NCBI GenBank assembly: GCA_963751455.1
Contig: CAVVUN010000009.1
Coordinates: forward strand, 352,001 to 416,000
Direction of reading: 5' to 3'
DNA: 64,000 nucleotides
Source: Nitrospirota bacterium
Lineage (GTDB): Bacteria; Nitrospirota; UBA9217
Positions 20,111 through 29,108 of the stretch are shown here, piece after piece (position 1 is the first letter of the stretch; each line of letters opens with the position of its first letter). The notes under the pieces were generated by a model. The model did no database searches. It had not been told where the DNA came from and was given only the letters and a program-made list of their open reading frames with translations. A program made the position numbers and the translations under genes.

Positions 20111-20250
20111 TTTCAAAACACAAATCTTATCTTAAGATTATCTGACCTGCTTTTACCAGTCGCTAAGAACTATGAACCCGAACTTCTGGGAAGGGTTGCC
20201 CTGCAATTCGGCAAACCGGACCGACCGGCCAAACGGGGCAGATTCGATAG

Positions 20251-20286
20251 ATTATCCTTGCTAAAAGGATAATACTATGATAAATT
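20251..20286 (+). promoter_or_regulatory. Putative sigma70 promoter with an overlapping palindromic operator
   Basis: TTGCTA-17bp-TAAATT with TGn extension; inverted repeat ATTATCCTT...AAGGATAAT spans the -35 box. Confidence 0.45.
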
Positions 20287-20293
20287 GTCCGCC

Positions 20294-21616
20294 ATGGAAG
20301 GACAATTTCGCGGGATCATCCGTCAGAAAATCATAGACTCATTGGCGGAGTCCGTGCCGGAATTCACGCGCCGGGACGTACGGCTGCCTGCGGTAAAAGG
20401 GAAGGCAACGGCGGTAATCGGCATGCGCCGCACAGGCAAATCCACCTTCCTCTGGCAGGTGCTGGCAGACCGGTTGGCGCGGGGCACAGGCCGGGAGGGG
20501 CTGCTTTTCTTCAGATTCGAGGACGAGCGCCTGGCCGGCATGACCGCCGCCGACCTCCACCTGATCGTTGAGGAATACTACCGTTTGCACCCGGAATGGA
20601 GAGACAGTCGGCGGGCCGTTTTCTTTCTGGACGAGATACAGGTGGTTCCAGGGTGGGAATCCTTTGCACGCCGTCTCCTTGACACGGAAAAGGTGGATCT
20701 GTTTCTCTCCGGCTCGTCGGCGCGTCTCCTCTCACGAGAAGTGACCACGAGCATGCGCGGCCGGGCCATGGAAGCATTGGTTCATCCCTTCAGCTTCCGC
20801 GAATATCTACGGCATTTCGGTCGCGAACCAAAGCTGGGGCCGGAGCGTCTCCCCAAAGCCGCACGTTCCGCCTTGGAGAAGGATTTACGGGAGTATCTGG
20901 CAGGCGGCGGTTTTCCCGAAGCCTTGGGCGTTGCCGCACGGGACCGCTTCGAGCTTTTACGCGGGTATGTGGATACGGCGCTCCTCAGGGATGTCATAGA
21001 GCGTTACTCGGTATCGCATCCTACGGCGCTCCGCTGGATGGTACGGCAGCTTCTCGGAAGCGCCGCCGGTGCGTTCAGCGTGAATAAGTTCCACGGTGAT
21101 CTCCGGTCACAGGGGGTCCATGTTGCCAAGGACACACTGCACGCTTATCTGAGCTATTTGGAAGATGCGTTTCTGATCCGCTCGGTTTTTCTCGCGTCCG
21201 CCTCGGAACGGCGCCGGATGGTGAACCCCCGCAAGGTGTACCCTATAGACCCGGGGTTGATCCCGGTCTTCGACCGGTCGGGGAAGGCAAATCTGGGCCA
21301 CGCCCTGGAAACCTGCGTGCTGTTGGATCTCGAACGGCGGGGGGCCGAGATTTCCTATGTTCGCACCGAAAGCGGGTTTGAGGTCGATTTTCTTGCCCGT
21401 TATCCCGATGGAAAAGAGGAACTGATTCAGGTATGCGCCGATCTGGATGTTCCCAATGTTCGGGAACGCGAAGCGCGCGCCCTTACGGAAGCTGCACGCG
21501 AACATCGCAGAGCGACTTTGCACATTGTCAGCCTCGATCCGGTAATCGCGCCCGATATTTCCAGAAATGTCACGCTTCATTCGGCAGCCGCATGGCTGTT
21601 GATGGAAAAACATTAA
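20294..21616 (+). CDS. AAA+ ATPase (AAA_14 plus DUF4143)
   Basis: GMRRTGKS Walker A, FFLDEIQ, SGSS, YL..GGFPE, KVY.IDPG and EVDF motifs. Confidence 0.88.
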   Translation: MEGQFRGIIRQKIIDSLAESVPEFTRRDVRLPAVKGKATAVIGMRRTGKSTFLWQVLADRLARGTGREGLLFFRFEDERLAGMTAADLHLIVEEYYRLHPEWRDSRRAVFFLDEIQVVPGWESFARRLLDTEKVDLFLSGSSARLLSREVTTSMRGRAMEALVHPFSFREYLRHFGREPKLGPERLPKAARSALEKDLREYLAGGGFPEALGVAARDRFELLRGYVDTALLRDVIERYSVSHPTALRWMVRQLLGSAAGAFSVNKFHGDLRSQGVHVAKDTLHAYLSYLEDAFLIRSVFLASASERRRMVNPRKVYPIDPGLIPVFDRSGKANLGHALETCVLLDLERRGAEISYVRTESGFEVDFLARYPDGKEELIQVCADLDVPNVREREARALTEAAREHRRATLHIVSLDPVIAPDISRNVTLHSAAAWLLMEKH

Positions 21617-21872
21617 ACTCAAATTAAACTCAAATTATGCTGTTTTATGAAAACATGACATGATCGCGCGGATGTTTTAGCGTCAAGGCAACCGCAGGGG
21701 CCAATCCGGAAACTCACGAAGGCGCTGTAACGATACGAACGAAGGTCCTCAACTCCTCAAAAAGAATTAAACTCGTAACTGACTGAATCAATCAAAGCAA
21801 TCCCGGTTTTTAGCCCGGAAAAGCGCTCCTGCCCTCTGCTCCCGACTCCGCAGCAAATATATTACATTGTTA

Positions 21873-21901
21873 TTGACATATTTTTGAAATAATATTACAC
21901 T
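21873..21901 (+). promoter_or_regulatory. Putative sigma70 promoter
   Basis: TTGACA-17bp-TACACT upstream of the ORF at 21934. Confidence 0.55.
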
Positions 21902-21933
21902 GCCAATGGAATATTTTGGGGAGCTGCTAACGA

Positions 21934-23244
21934 ATGCAAAAAAGACAATTGCAAGAGCTGATCGGTGAACACAAGGAAAGGGCTCTCTCCGGAAAGGGTT
22001 TTATCGCAAGAGAAGCGGCTGCGGACGCAGCGCGTCTTTTCAAGGAGCGGGAGATACATATCGTTACGGGCGTCAGGCGGTGCGGAAAGTCGACTCTGAT
22101 GCGCCTCTTGATGGAAAAGCTCGTCGCCGAACAGGGGGTAAAGCAAAAAAACATCCTGTACCTGAACTTCGACGACGAACGGTTTACGGAATTTGTTTCT
22201 TCCGACTTCCAAACTCTCTATGAGTCGTTTCTTGAGATCGAGTCGCCGAAAGGTAAAAAATACTTCTTTCTCGACGAGATTCAAAACATTACCGGCTGGC
22301 ACCGGTGGATCAATCGGTTATACGAGTTCGAGGACGTCAAAATCTTTTTGACGGGTTCAAACGCGTCGCTTCTCAGCGGAGAAATCGCAACCACACTAAC
22401 CGGCAGAAACCGCGTCATCGAGCTGTATCCGTTTTCTTTCAGAGAGTTTTTGGCCGCGAGGGGATTCACAGTGAGCGCAAGAGATGCTCTTGTGTCGGAG
22501 CGAAGGGCGTTGATACGGCGGCTTCTACAGGAATACCTTACAACGGGCGGCTTCCCGGAAGTCGTGAAGACGGGAGATCTCTCTCTGCTCCAGCATTACT
22601 TCAAGGATATTCTCTATCGGGACATTATCGCGCGGTATGGCGTTAGAAATATCCGGGAGATAAAAGAACTCGTCCTGTTTCTGGCATCGAATCTTGCAAG
22701 CATTGCGAGCTATAAAAGACTGAAAGACGTCATATCGGTCAACAGCCAGTCAACGGTAAAAAACTACCTTTCCCATTTGGAGGACGTATACCTCTTTTTC
22801 GCGACCGACCTGTTCGATTACTCGTTGAAGCGGCAAATGTACAATCCCTCGAAGGTCTACTGTGTCGACCACGCGCTGGCCGGTTCCATGGCATTCAGAT
22901 TTTCATCCGAGCTCGGGAGGACCCTGGAGAACATCGTCTTTCTTGAATTAAAAAGAAGAGGGCGGGATATCTACTATTGGAAAGGGCTGAAGGGCGAAGA
23001 GACGGATTTTTTGCTGAAACAGGGAAGAAAAATAACGGCGGCCATTCAGGTATCATATGACGTAAATGCTGTTGAGACGAAACAGCGGGAATCTGTCGGC
23101 GCTGTTCAAGCGGCAAGGGAATTCGGGTTGAAAAATGCCATCGTGATCAATTCGGATTACAGCGGAGAGGAAAAATCCGGGGGTATAACAATACGCTATG
23201 TTCCACTCTGGCAATGGCTGACAACCGCAGCCTTAGAACTGTGA
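21934..23244 (+). CDS. AAA+ ATPase (AAA_14 plus DUF4143), second paralog
   Basis: GVRRCGKS, FFLDEIQ, TGSNASLL, GGFPE, KVY.VD, LEN.VFLEL and ETDF motifs. Confidence 0.88.
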   Translation: MQKRQLQELIGEHKERALSGKGFIAREAAADAARLFKEREIHIVTGVRRCGKSTLMRLLMEKLVAEQGVKQKNILYLNFDDERFTEFVSSDFQTLYESFLEIESPKGKKYFFLDEIQNITGWHRWINRLYEFEDVKIFLTGSNASLLSGEIATTLTGRNRVIELYPFSFREFLAARGFTVSARDALVSERRALIRRLLQEYLTTGGFPEVVKTGDLSLLQHYFKDILYRDIIARYGVRNIREIKELVLFLASNLASIASYKRLKDVISVNSQSTVKNYLSHLEDVYLFFATDLFDYSLKRQMYNPSKVYCVDHALAGSMAFRFSSELGRTLENIVFLELKRRGRDIYYWKGLKGEETDFLLKQGRKITAAIQVSYDVNAVETKQRESVGAVQAAREFGLKNAIVINSDYSGEEKSGGITIRYVPLWQWLTTAALEL

Positions 23245-23372
23245 ACTCAGAACAAGGCTAAGAACTGAAATTTACAATTTGCATTCGGCCGCGGCCAACG
23301 GCCGCGATATTATATATAACACCGGCAACTTGATTGACAAATTATCTTGAATTTTTCGTTTTAGTTTTTAGG

Positions 23373-23404
23373 TTGACTTTGTTACAAGTAATACGTATAT
23401 TACT
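23373..23404 (+). promoter_or_regulatory. Toxin-antitoxin promoter with autoregulatory operator
   Basis: TTGACT-17bp-TATATT; palindrome AGTAAT-acgtat-ATTACT overlaps the -10 box. Confidence 0.6.
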
Positions 23405-23429
23405 GGTAATACCATTTCGGAGGTAAGAA

Positions 23430-23675
23430 ATGTCAACGGTAACGAAAAAAGGACAGGTTACAATACCAAAATCGTACCGCGACCGGCTCCATATCAGGGA
23501 AGGCGACAGCCTTGATTTCGAGGTTAAGGATAATCTTCTCATCCTGAAACGAAAAGAACGGAAGTCAATTCTCAGCCTGGGGGGAATCGCTCAGGGGAGA
23601 GCGAGAGGAGCAGGGAACGAACGGGAGTATGCCAAAAAAGCAGTTGCACGTAAGATTGCCGGGGAAGGCCTGTAA
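23430..23675 (+). CDS. AbrB/MazE/SpoVT family antitoxin
   Basis: STVTKKGQVTIPK..RDRL.I.EGD.L.F motif. Confidence 0.9.
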   Translation: MSTVTKKGQVTIPKSYRDRLHIREGDSLDFEVKDNLLILKRKERKSILSLGGIAQGRARGAGNEREYAKKAVARKIAGEGL

Positions 23676-23677
23676 AC

Positions 23678-24091
23678 ATGGAAGACCCGATATTCGTGGA
23701 CACCAACGTGTTTCTTCGTTTTTTTGTCAAGGATGTTGAACCTCAGTATGAGAAAGCCGGAAGCTTATTTGAAAGAGCGGAAGCCGGAAAGCTTAAACTC
23801 GAAACGAGTGAACTGGTTATCGCCGAGATCGTGTGGGTGCTCGAATCTTTCTACGGTTTTACAAAAAAAGAAATAGTAGAAGTGCTTACTATCCTCCTGG
23901 AATCAAGAAATCTTAAAATCGAGAGCGCCTCCCGTATCGCCGCCGCAGTAGAAATCTATTCATCAAGGAACATTGATTTTATAGACGCATACAATATCGC
24001 GTACATGAAATCCAAATCGTATAAAAAAGTGGCCACATTCGATATCAAGCATTATAAAAATATCGATGGAATAATCACCACCATGAACTAA
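23678..24091 (+). CDS. PIN-domain (VapC) toxin
   Basis: FVDTNVFLR, VIAEIVWVL, DFIDAY and ATFD motifs; coupled to the antitoxin. Confidence 0.9.
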   Translation: MEDPIFVDTNVFLRFFVKDVEPQYEKAGSLFERAEAGKLKLETSELVIAEIVWVLESFYGFTKKEIVEVLTILLESRNLKIESASRIAAAVEIYSSRNIDFIDAYNIAYMKSKSYKKVATFDIKHYKNIDGIITTMN

Positions 24092-24160
24092 GCGAGCCTT
24101 TATTGGGTTCGATAAACGACAAGCGGACCGGAGCAGGCGTGTAGCCTGCAGTCGCTCAGG

Positions 24161-24331
24161 GCGGAATTTCTCCAGGCAGCCGTTGAAATGGCTAAATTCA
24201 GGAATCGGTTGACTCATGTCTATTGGGAAGTTGATGATAAATTTCTCTTCCAAATTCTTCAAACACGAATGGACGATTTCGCCGTTTTTATCAAAAATAT
24301 CGCGGTTTTTCTTCAGTTAGACGCTCTTTGA
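24161..24331 (+). pseudogene. C-terminal fragment of a DUF86/HepT HEPN RNase
   Basis: AEFLQAAVEMAKFRNRLTHVYWEVDD.. carries the HEPN R-x4-H motif; no N-terminal half is present. Confidence 0.65.
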
Positions 24332-24338
24332 GCTCCTT

Positions 24339-24430
24339 TGCCCTCTGCTTTTCCAACTGACAACTCCGAACTGAGAACTCAAAACTGCTTTTTGGTATTG
24401 CCCTCTGCGCTATGCCCCATGCGCTCTGCT
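24339..24430 (+). repeat. Two adjacent degenerate 7-nt-period tracts
   Basis: AACTGAC AACTCCG AACTGAG AACTCAA AACTG and TGCCCTC TGCGCTA TGCCCCA TGCGCTC TGC. Confidence 0.7.
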
Positions 24431-24543
24431 CTTAAACTGGACGAAATAGTGAGGACAGGTGTTCGAAAATTTACTCTTTCGTAGTTTACTTTAGCGTCCT
24501 TTTGTCGTATATTAATCGCAACTTTCTGAAGCTATGTTCATTC

Positions 24544-24645
24544 CAAACCAAACAAACCAGAGAAACCAAATTAACCAAACAAACTCTTACGGTTTCCAAA
24601 CCAAACAAACCAAATAAACCAAACAAACCGGATAAGCCGGAACTG
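24544..24645 (+). repeat. 9-nt repeat tract (A/C-rich arm only) upstream of four-helix-bundle gene 2
   Basis: AAACCAAAC AAACCAGAG AAACCAAAT TAACCAAAC ... AAACCGGAT. Confidence 0.9.
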
Positions 24646-24647
24646 AT

Positions 24648-25076
24648 ATGAAAATAACCCGATTTGAAGAGATGGAATGCTGGAAAGAGTCAAGAAAATT
24701 AGTAGACATGATATACAAAGCCATTCAGTCAAATAAATCATTTCAGTCAGATTATCGGTTAAAAGATCAGAGTATCGGCGCTGCTGTATCAGTAATGGGA
24801 AACATCCCGGAGGGATTTGTACGACGTTCGAATAAAGAATTTATACAGTTTCTATTTATCTCGATGTCCTCTGCCGCCGAATTACAGTCTCACCTGTATG
24901 TCGCACTTGATCAGCACTATATCTCTCAGGACACCTTCTCAACAATCTATCAACAAGCTGTGAAAACATCCAAAATAGTATCCGGCCTCATTACATATTT
25001 ACGTAACAATGTCAGCGGTTCCAAACGGATTTCTAATAAACCAAACAAACCAGACAAACTAAATAAACCGGAATAA
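24648..25076 (+). CDS. Four-helix-bundle protein 2 (23S rRNA-IVP/TIGR02436-like), intact
   Basis: ITRFEEMECWK, DYRLKDQ..GAAVSVMGNIPEGF.R.SNKEFIQFL.IS.SSAAELQSHLYVALDQ.YI motifs; C-terminal NKPNKPDKLNKPE is encoded by the 9-nt repeat. Confidence 0.92.
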   Translation: MKITRFEEMECWKESRKLVDMIYKAIQSNKSFQSDYRLKDQSIGAAVSVMGNIPEGFVRRSNKEFIQFLFISMSSAAELQSHLYVALDQHYISQDTFSTIYQQAVKTSKIVSGLITYLRNNVSGSKRISNKPNKPDKLNKPE

Positions 25077-25199
25077 CCAAAATATCAAACAAACAAAACA
25101 AACCAAATAATCCAGAGCAACCAAACAAACCAAATAAACCAGAGAAACTAGATGAACCAAACAAACCAGAAAAACGAAACAAACCAAACAAACCAGAAA
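25036..25199 (+). repeat. 9-nt repeat tract spanning the FHB2 stop and the wzi start
   Basis: Long run of AAACCAAAC/AAACCAGAN-type units. Confidence 0.92.
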
Positions 25200-26735
25200 A
25201 ACATTTTTATTAACTTATTCGCCATACTAACCGTCCTATGCTTCTCAACAACCATCCACGCCTCAACATATATAGCCATTGAGGATACTATCGTTTACGA
25301 CCTCCTGAACAAGCTCGAAGCCGAAAGCGTTATCCAATCCGGTCTTCTCAATACCAAACCGATCAGCAGAAAGGAAGCGTTTCGGCTCCTTCAAGAAGCA
25401 GAAGCGAATTCCGAATCCCGCAGCGAATTTATAAAAAACTTGATCCGGACACTTAAGGATAGGCTGGGACCGGATCCATCAAGTGGAACGCAATTAAAAC
25501 CGATTGATTCAATCTATGCAAAATATATCCATACCAATGCGGAAGTTCATACACTGAAATATGGCGAGTCCATTCAAAATCAACAACCGTTTAACTACAA
25601 CAACAACGGAGATCTCTATCAGCGCGGATCAAATGAGAGGATCGGTTTTACGTCGCGGTTGGAAAACTGGGGACCGCTTTCGCTAGAAGTAAACCCGGAA
25701 TTCCGCTATCCCGACACGCCCTTTACCAATCAAGACCTGGTCACCAGGAAGGCCTATGCAGTCCTGGACCTCGGATGGGACGTTGTCCTCGGACAAGACT
25801 CCCAATGGTGGGGTCCCGGATACCATGGCGCTTTGCTGCTATCGAACAACGCCGAACCCTTTACCATGCTCAAGATATCAAATCCCAGCCCTGTCCGCCT
25901 TCCCTGGATTTTCGACAGCCTAGGCCCATTCGGGTTCACGTTCTTTGTTACAAACCTGGAGAAAGCGAGAAAAATTCCGGAACCGTATTTATACGGCATG
26001 AGGTTCGACTTTAAACCGCATCCCAACGTTGAAATCGGTCTGCAGAAGACCGCGTTTCTCGGTGGACGAGCAGGCCGTCCCGAAAATGCCAAGATATGGC
26101 TGCAGAGTTTGTATGGTGCGAATGATGCTGATAACTGCTACGCCGGAGAGGGCTGCTATAAAAAGGAGCCCGGTGACCAGCGGGCGGGGATCGACTTCAA
26201 GCTTACTGTTCCTTGGAATGTTCAGCCGATGCAAATCTATCTTGAAGCCGACGGAGAAGACGAATACCACAATCTGCCGAACCTCTGGGCGTTTATCGGA
26301 GGAATCTACCTGCCCAGGATATTAAATGAAGAGCGTCTCGATTTCAGGATGGAATACACAACTACGCGGGGCAGAAAGAGGAACCCTTATATCTGGTATC
26401 TTCATCACCTCTATTCAGGCTATACTTACAATGGGAACATTATCGGCCATCATGTAGGCACCGACGCTAATGACTTTTTCAGCGAGGTTTCGTATTTAAT
26501 GCAAGAGAGAACCGGTAAAATTTCCCTGTCATATCATAGGGAAGAGCACGACATTTACATCCCGGGAAGCCACGAAAGATTGGAGGATATTACTGCAGGA
26601 ATTATTTTGTCTTTAATGAAACAGATCGATTTAGTAACCCGTTATAGCCGGGGATGGCTGAAAAACAAGGGTAATGCACCAGGTGATACAGTCAATCTCT
26701 TGAAATTCGGGATCGGAATAGAGTATCGATTTTAA
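25152..26735 (+). CDS. Capsule assembly Wzi family outer-membrane protein
   Basis: Signal peptide; QWWGPGYHGALLLSNNAEP motif; GHHVG.DA; terminal aromatic EYRF. Confidence 0.85.
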   Translation: MNQTNQKNETNQTNQKNIFINLFAILTVLCFSTTIHASTYIAIEDTIVYDLLNKLEAESVIQSGLLNTKPISRKEAFRLLQEAEANSESRSEFIKNLIRTLKDRLGPDPSSGTQLKPIDSIYAKYIHTNAEVHTLKYGESIQNQQPFNYNNNGDLYQRGSNERIGFTSRLENWGPLSLEVNPEFRYPDTPFTNQDLVTRKAYAVLDLGWDVVLGQDSQWWGPGYHGALLLSNNAEPFTMLKISNPSPVRLPWIFDSLGPFGFTFFVTNLEKARKIPEPYLYGMRFDFKPHPNVEIGLQKTAFLGGRAGRPENAKIWLQSLYGANDADNCYAGEGCYKKEPGDQRAGIDFKLTVPWNVQPMQIYLEADGEDEYHNLPNLWAFIGGIYLPRILNEERLDFRMEYTTTRGRKRNPYIWYLHHLYSGYTYNGNIIGHHVGTDANDFFSEVSYLMQERTGKISLSYHREEHDIYIPGSHERLEDITAGIILSLMKQIDLVTRYSRGWLKNKGNAPGDTVNLLKFGIGIEYRF

Positions 26736-26786
26736 CGGTAGTTCTTGGGGTTTTTATTTCTACTTAACCAACCAAGACACTCAAAA

Positions 26787-29108
26787 CTATAAACCAAAAA
26801 CTGTTTTGTCGTAGATTGTACCGCCATTATTATCGAACGCAGAAATAAACCTATTTCCTACTTGAAAAATTTTCGCAGTGCTTCCCTCAGCTATTTGCAG
26901 AGAATACAAAATACCTGAAGGTGTATTAAGTTGAGCGCAAAATTCTACACTCAATATTGCCTCATTTGCTACTTTAAAAATTGCTGCGCTGCCAGCAATA
27001 GGGCCGTTTACAGAGGCAATAGCAACATTTTCCACACTAATCAGTGCTGTTCCGGTCAAAGATATAGCAGCGTTTCCACTTGCTAAGGTAAACCCTTCAA
27101 TATTACCACCTATAATAGTTAAGCCGATTACTCCAGTGCCAAATGCCGCTTGAGTATCTGCGCTGGATGTATTTCCTATAGTACAATCCAACATCACACT
27201 TTTTATCATAGCCTGTGTAAAAACAAATGCTTGTCCAGTAGTTCCTCCGCGCCCTGGATTATCGCTATACAACTTTCTAAGTAGATTATCTCCTGTAGTT
27301 TGGTTCGTACCTATAAAACTAAATGCTACAATCTGCGCGCTTGTACTACGAATATCAACAAATTCACACTCCCATACTTCGTCATATCCTCTTATCCCGT
27401 ATCCGAATCCAAAAATTTGCAAATTACTAAACAACCCATGTGCATACCCTTGGTTTAAATCAAAAAGTATTCCAGCGTTTGTGACATCGCTACCATCATG
27501 AGTGATGGTTAGGTCTTTAATACCACCGCCACGTGCTGGAGGTGTTTTACCCTCCATTACAATACCATCTGTATTTGCCGTATTGACTATATTGGTGGTC
27601 AGTCTTCCACTGCCTATCAATATGACTTTATCTTTCAAAGTAATTGCTGTAGATTTTTTATAATAACCAGGACTTAATTTTACAATTCCGCCGACATTTG
27701 GGTCAAAGGCATTTATTGCGTTAGATATGGCAGTTGCACAATCTGTAGTATTATCTGATTTTGCCCCCCACCACTCTGGATAAACCTCTTGTACGCTTCC
27801 ATTCGCAAAGGTTACATTACCGGCATTGAACACCTTATACAATCCCGCAGAAAACGGACCGTTAATTATCAGCTTGTACGAATTCAGGTCTATGATTCCA
27901 GGGTATTCTACGATAGTTGAAATATTTGATGGGATAATAGTATTTAACTTAAGTATTGTTAGAGCGTCGATTACAAGCGTTACTTGTGCTGCGCCTATTT
28001 CATTTACTGCATCTGTGAGCGATGAATATTTTCTGATGCTTAAGATTTCCCTTATCCCCGATATGACATTGAAAGAGGGATCTAGAGCTAAATAATTAGT
28101 TCCGTCATATCCATAGATCCTTACATCTACCCATGCACCGTTAACTAATGTGCCATTGGCATCGGTATTGCTATAATCTACTGTAATTTGGGTTCCTTGG
28201 AAGGCGAGTGTAAATGTGTTGCTGAGAATATTCAGATTCGATGCGGTTCCCTGGATGTTTACTAAAATATTAGCGGCCGTTACTGTTCCGCTGCTCATTA
28301 CATCTGAACTTAGAATATTTAATGTCAGACCATCGTTCTGGGCTATCTGGAGGACTGTATCTAGGTGTGGCTGCTGATCTGTTGTAATCTCGGAATAATC
28401 TATTGTAATCGAAGCATTTTGCCGTATGAAAGAAAAGGTATGATTCGTGAACGTCAAATCAGAGATTAAACCAATTATAGCTTCAGGACGTCCTAGCGCA
28501 ATAACCTCTTCGGTGGTGCGTGCCAATACGCTCATAGTTACAGCACAGGTCGAGAGATCCCCAAAATTCACAACATCGAAGTTTTTGAGATTGAAATCAA
28601 GTGCAAGTTTGTTGTTCTCAGTTGCGATAATCGTAAACAAAGCGCCGATATCCAGCGTACACACAGGACCGCTACATTGAAGGGGATGAGACTCGTTTGC
28701 TTCATCTTTGTAAGAAGCAAGGGAACAGAATGAAACGATTCCGGATGTCGTAGGGGTCGGAGCGCTCATCAGTTGTACGCTTTTGTTAAATTCAATATGG
28801 ATTTGATTATATAATCCAGAAGGGCATTGGGTTTCGTTAGCGAGCAGCAGCACATCAGAGGATTTGGCAATATCTATCGTGGTTGACACGTCAAGCAGAT
28901 CGCATCTGGCTCCTGTATCGGTATTAATGATCTCAATCTTTTCTATTGATGTGATAACTTGCCTGAACTGAGACATATCATCGGTGAAATAGAGTCCAAC
29001 AGTGCCGGTCTCAGGAGACATTCTGTTTCCCTCGCACGAGTAGAAAAACATTATAGAAATGAAGAGAACTATGATAGCTATTTTGCTAAATATTCTCGTC
29101 AGCTTCAT
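26787..29108 (-). CDS. Lipoprotein with DUF4382/DUF5666-like N-terminal half fused to a pectate-lyase/tailspike-like beta-helix
   Basis: Lipobox-like FFYSC; GTVGLYFTD and LALDFNL motifs; C-terminal half has VYPEWWGAKSDNTTDCATAISNAINA..GGIVKLSPGYY. Confidence 0.65.
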   Translation of the reverse strand: MKLTRIFSKIAIIVLFISIMFFYSCEGNRMSPETGTVGLYFTDDMSQFRQVITSIEKIEIINTDTGARCDLLDVSTTIDIAKSSDVLLLANETQCPSGLYNQIHIEFNKSVQLMSAPTPTTSGIVSFCSLASYKDEANESHPLQCSGPVCTLDIGALFTIIATENNKLALDFNLKNFDVVNFGDLSTCAVTMSVLARTTEEVIALGRPEAIIGLISDLTFTNHTFSFIRQNASITIDYSEITTDQQPHLDTVLQIAQNDGLTLNILSSDVMSSGTVTAANILVNIQGTASNLNILSNTFTLAFQGTQITVDYSNTDANGTLVNGAWVDVRIYGYDGTNYLALDPSFNVISGIREILSIRKYSSLTDAVNEIGAAQVTLVIDALTILKLNTIIPSNISTIVEYPGIIDLNSYKLIINGPFSAGLYKVFNAGNVTFANGSVQEVYPEWWGAKSDNTTDCATAISNAINAFDPNVGGIVKLSPGYYKKSTAITLKDKVILIGSGRLTTNIVNTANTDGIVMEGKTPPARGGGIKDLTITHDGSDVTNAGILFDLNQGYAHGLFSNLQIFGFGYGIRGYDEVWECEFVDIRSTSAQIVAFSFIGTNQTTGDNLLRKLYSDNPGRGGTTGQAFVFTQAMIKSVMLDCTIGNTSSADTQAAFGTGVIGLTIIGGNIEGFTLASGNAAISLTGTALISVENVAIASVNGPIAGSAAIFKVANEAILSVEFCAQLNTPSGILYSLQIAEGSTAKIFQVGNRFISAFDNNGGTIYDKTVFGL

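Noticed and set aside
20208-20245. c-di-GMP-I riboswitch-like GGCAAACC start
   Set aside because: Lacks the GAAA tetraloop stem and the following GACGCAAAG/second stem
17473-25076. Diversity-generating retroelement, suggested by the Avd-like proteins
   Set aside because: No reverse transcriptase and no TR/VR pair differing at adenines was seen in the window
24648-25076. 23S rRNA intervening sequence
   Set aside because: No rRNA sequence flanks either four-helix-bundle gene
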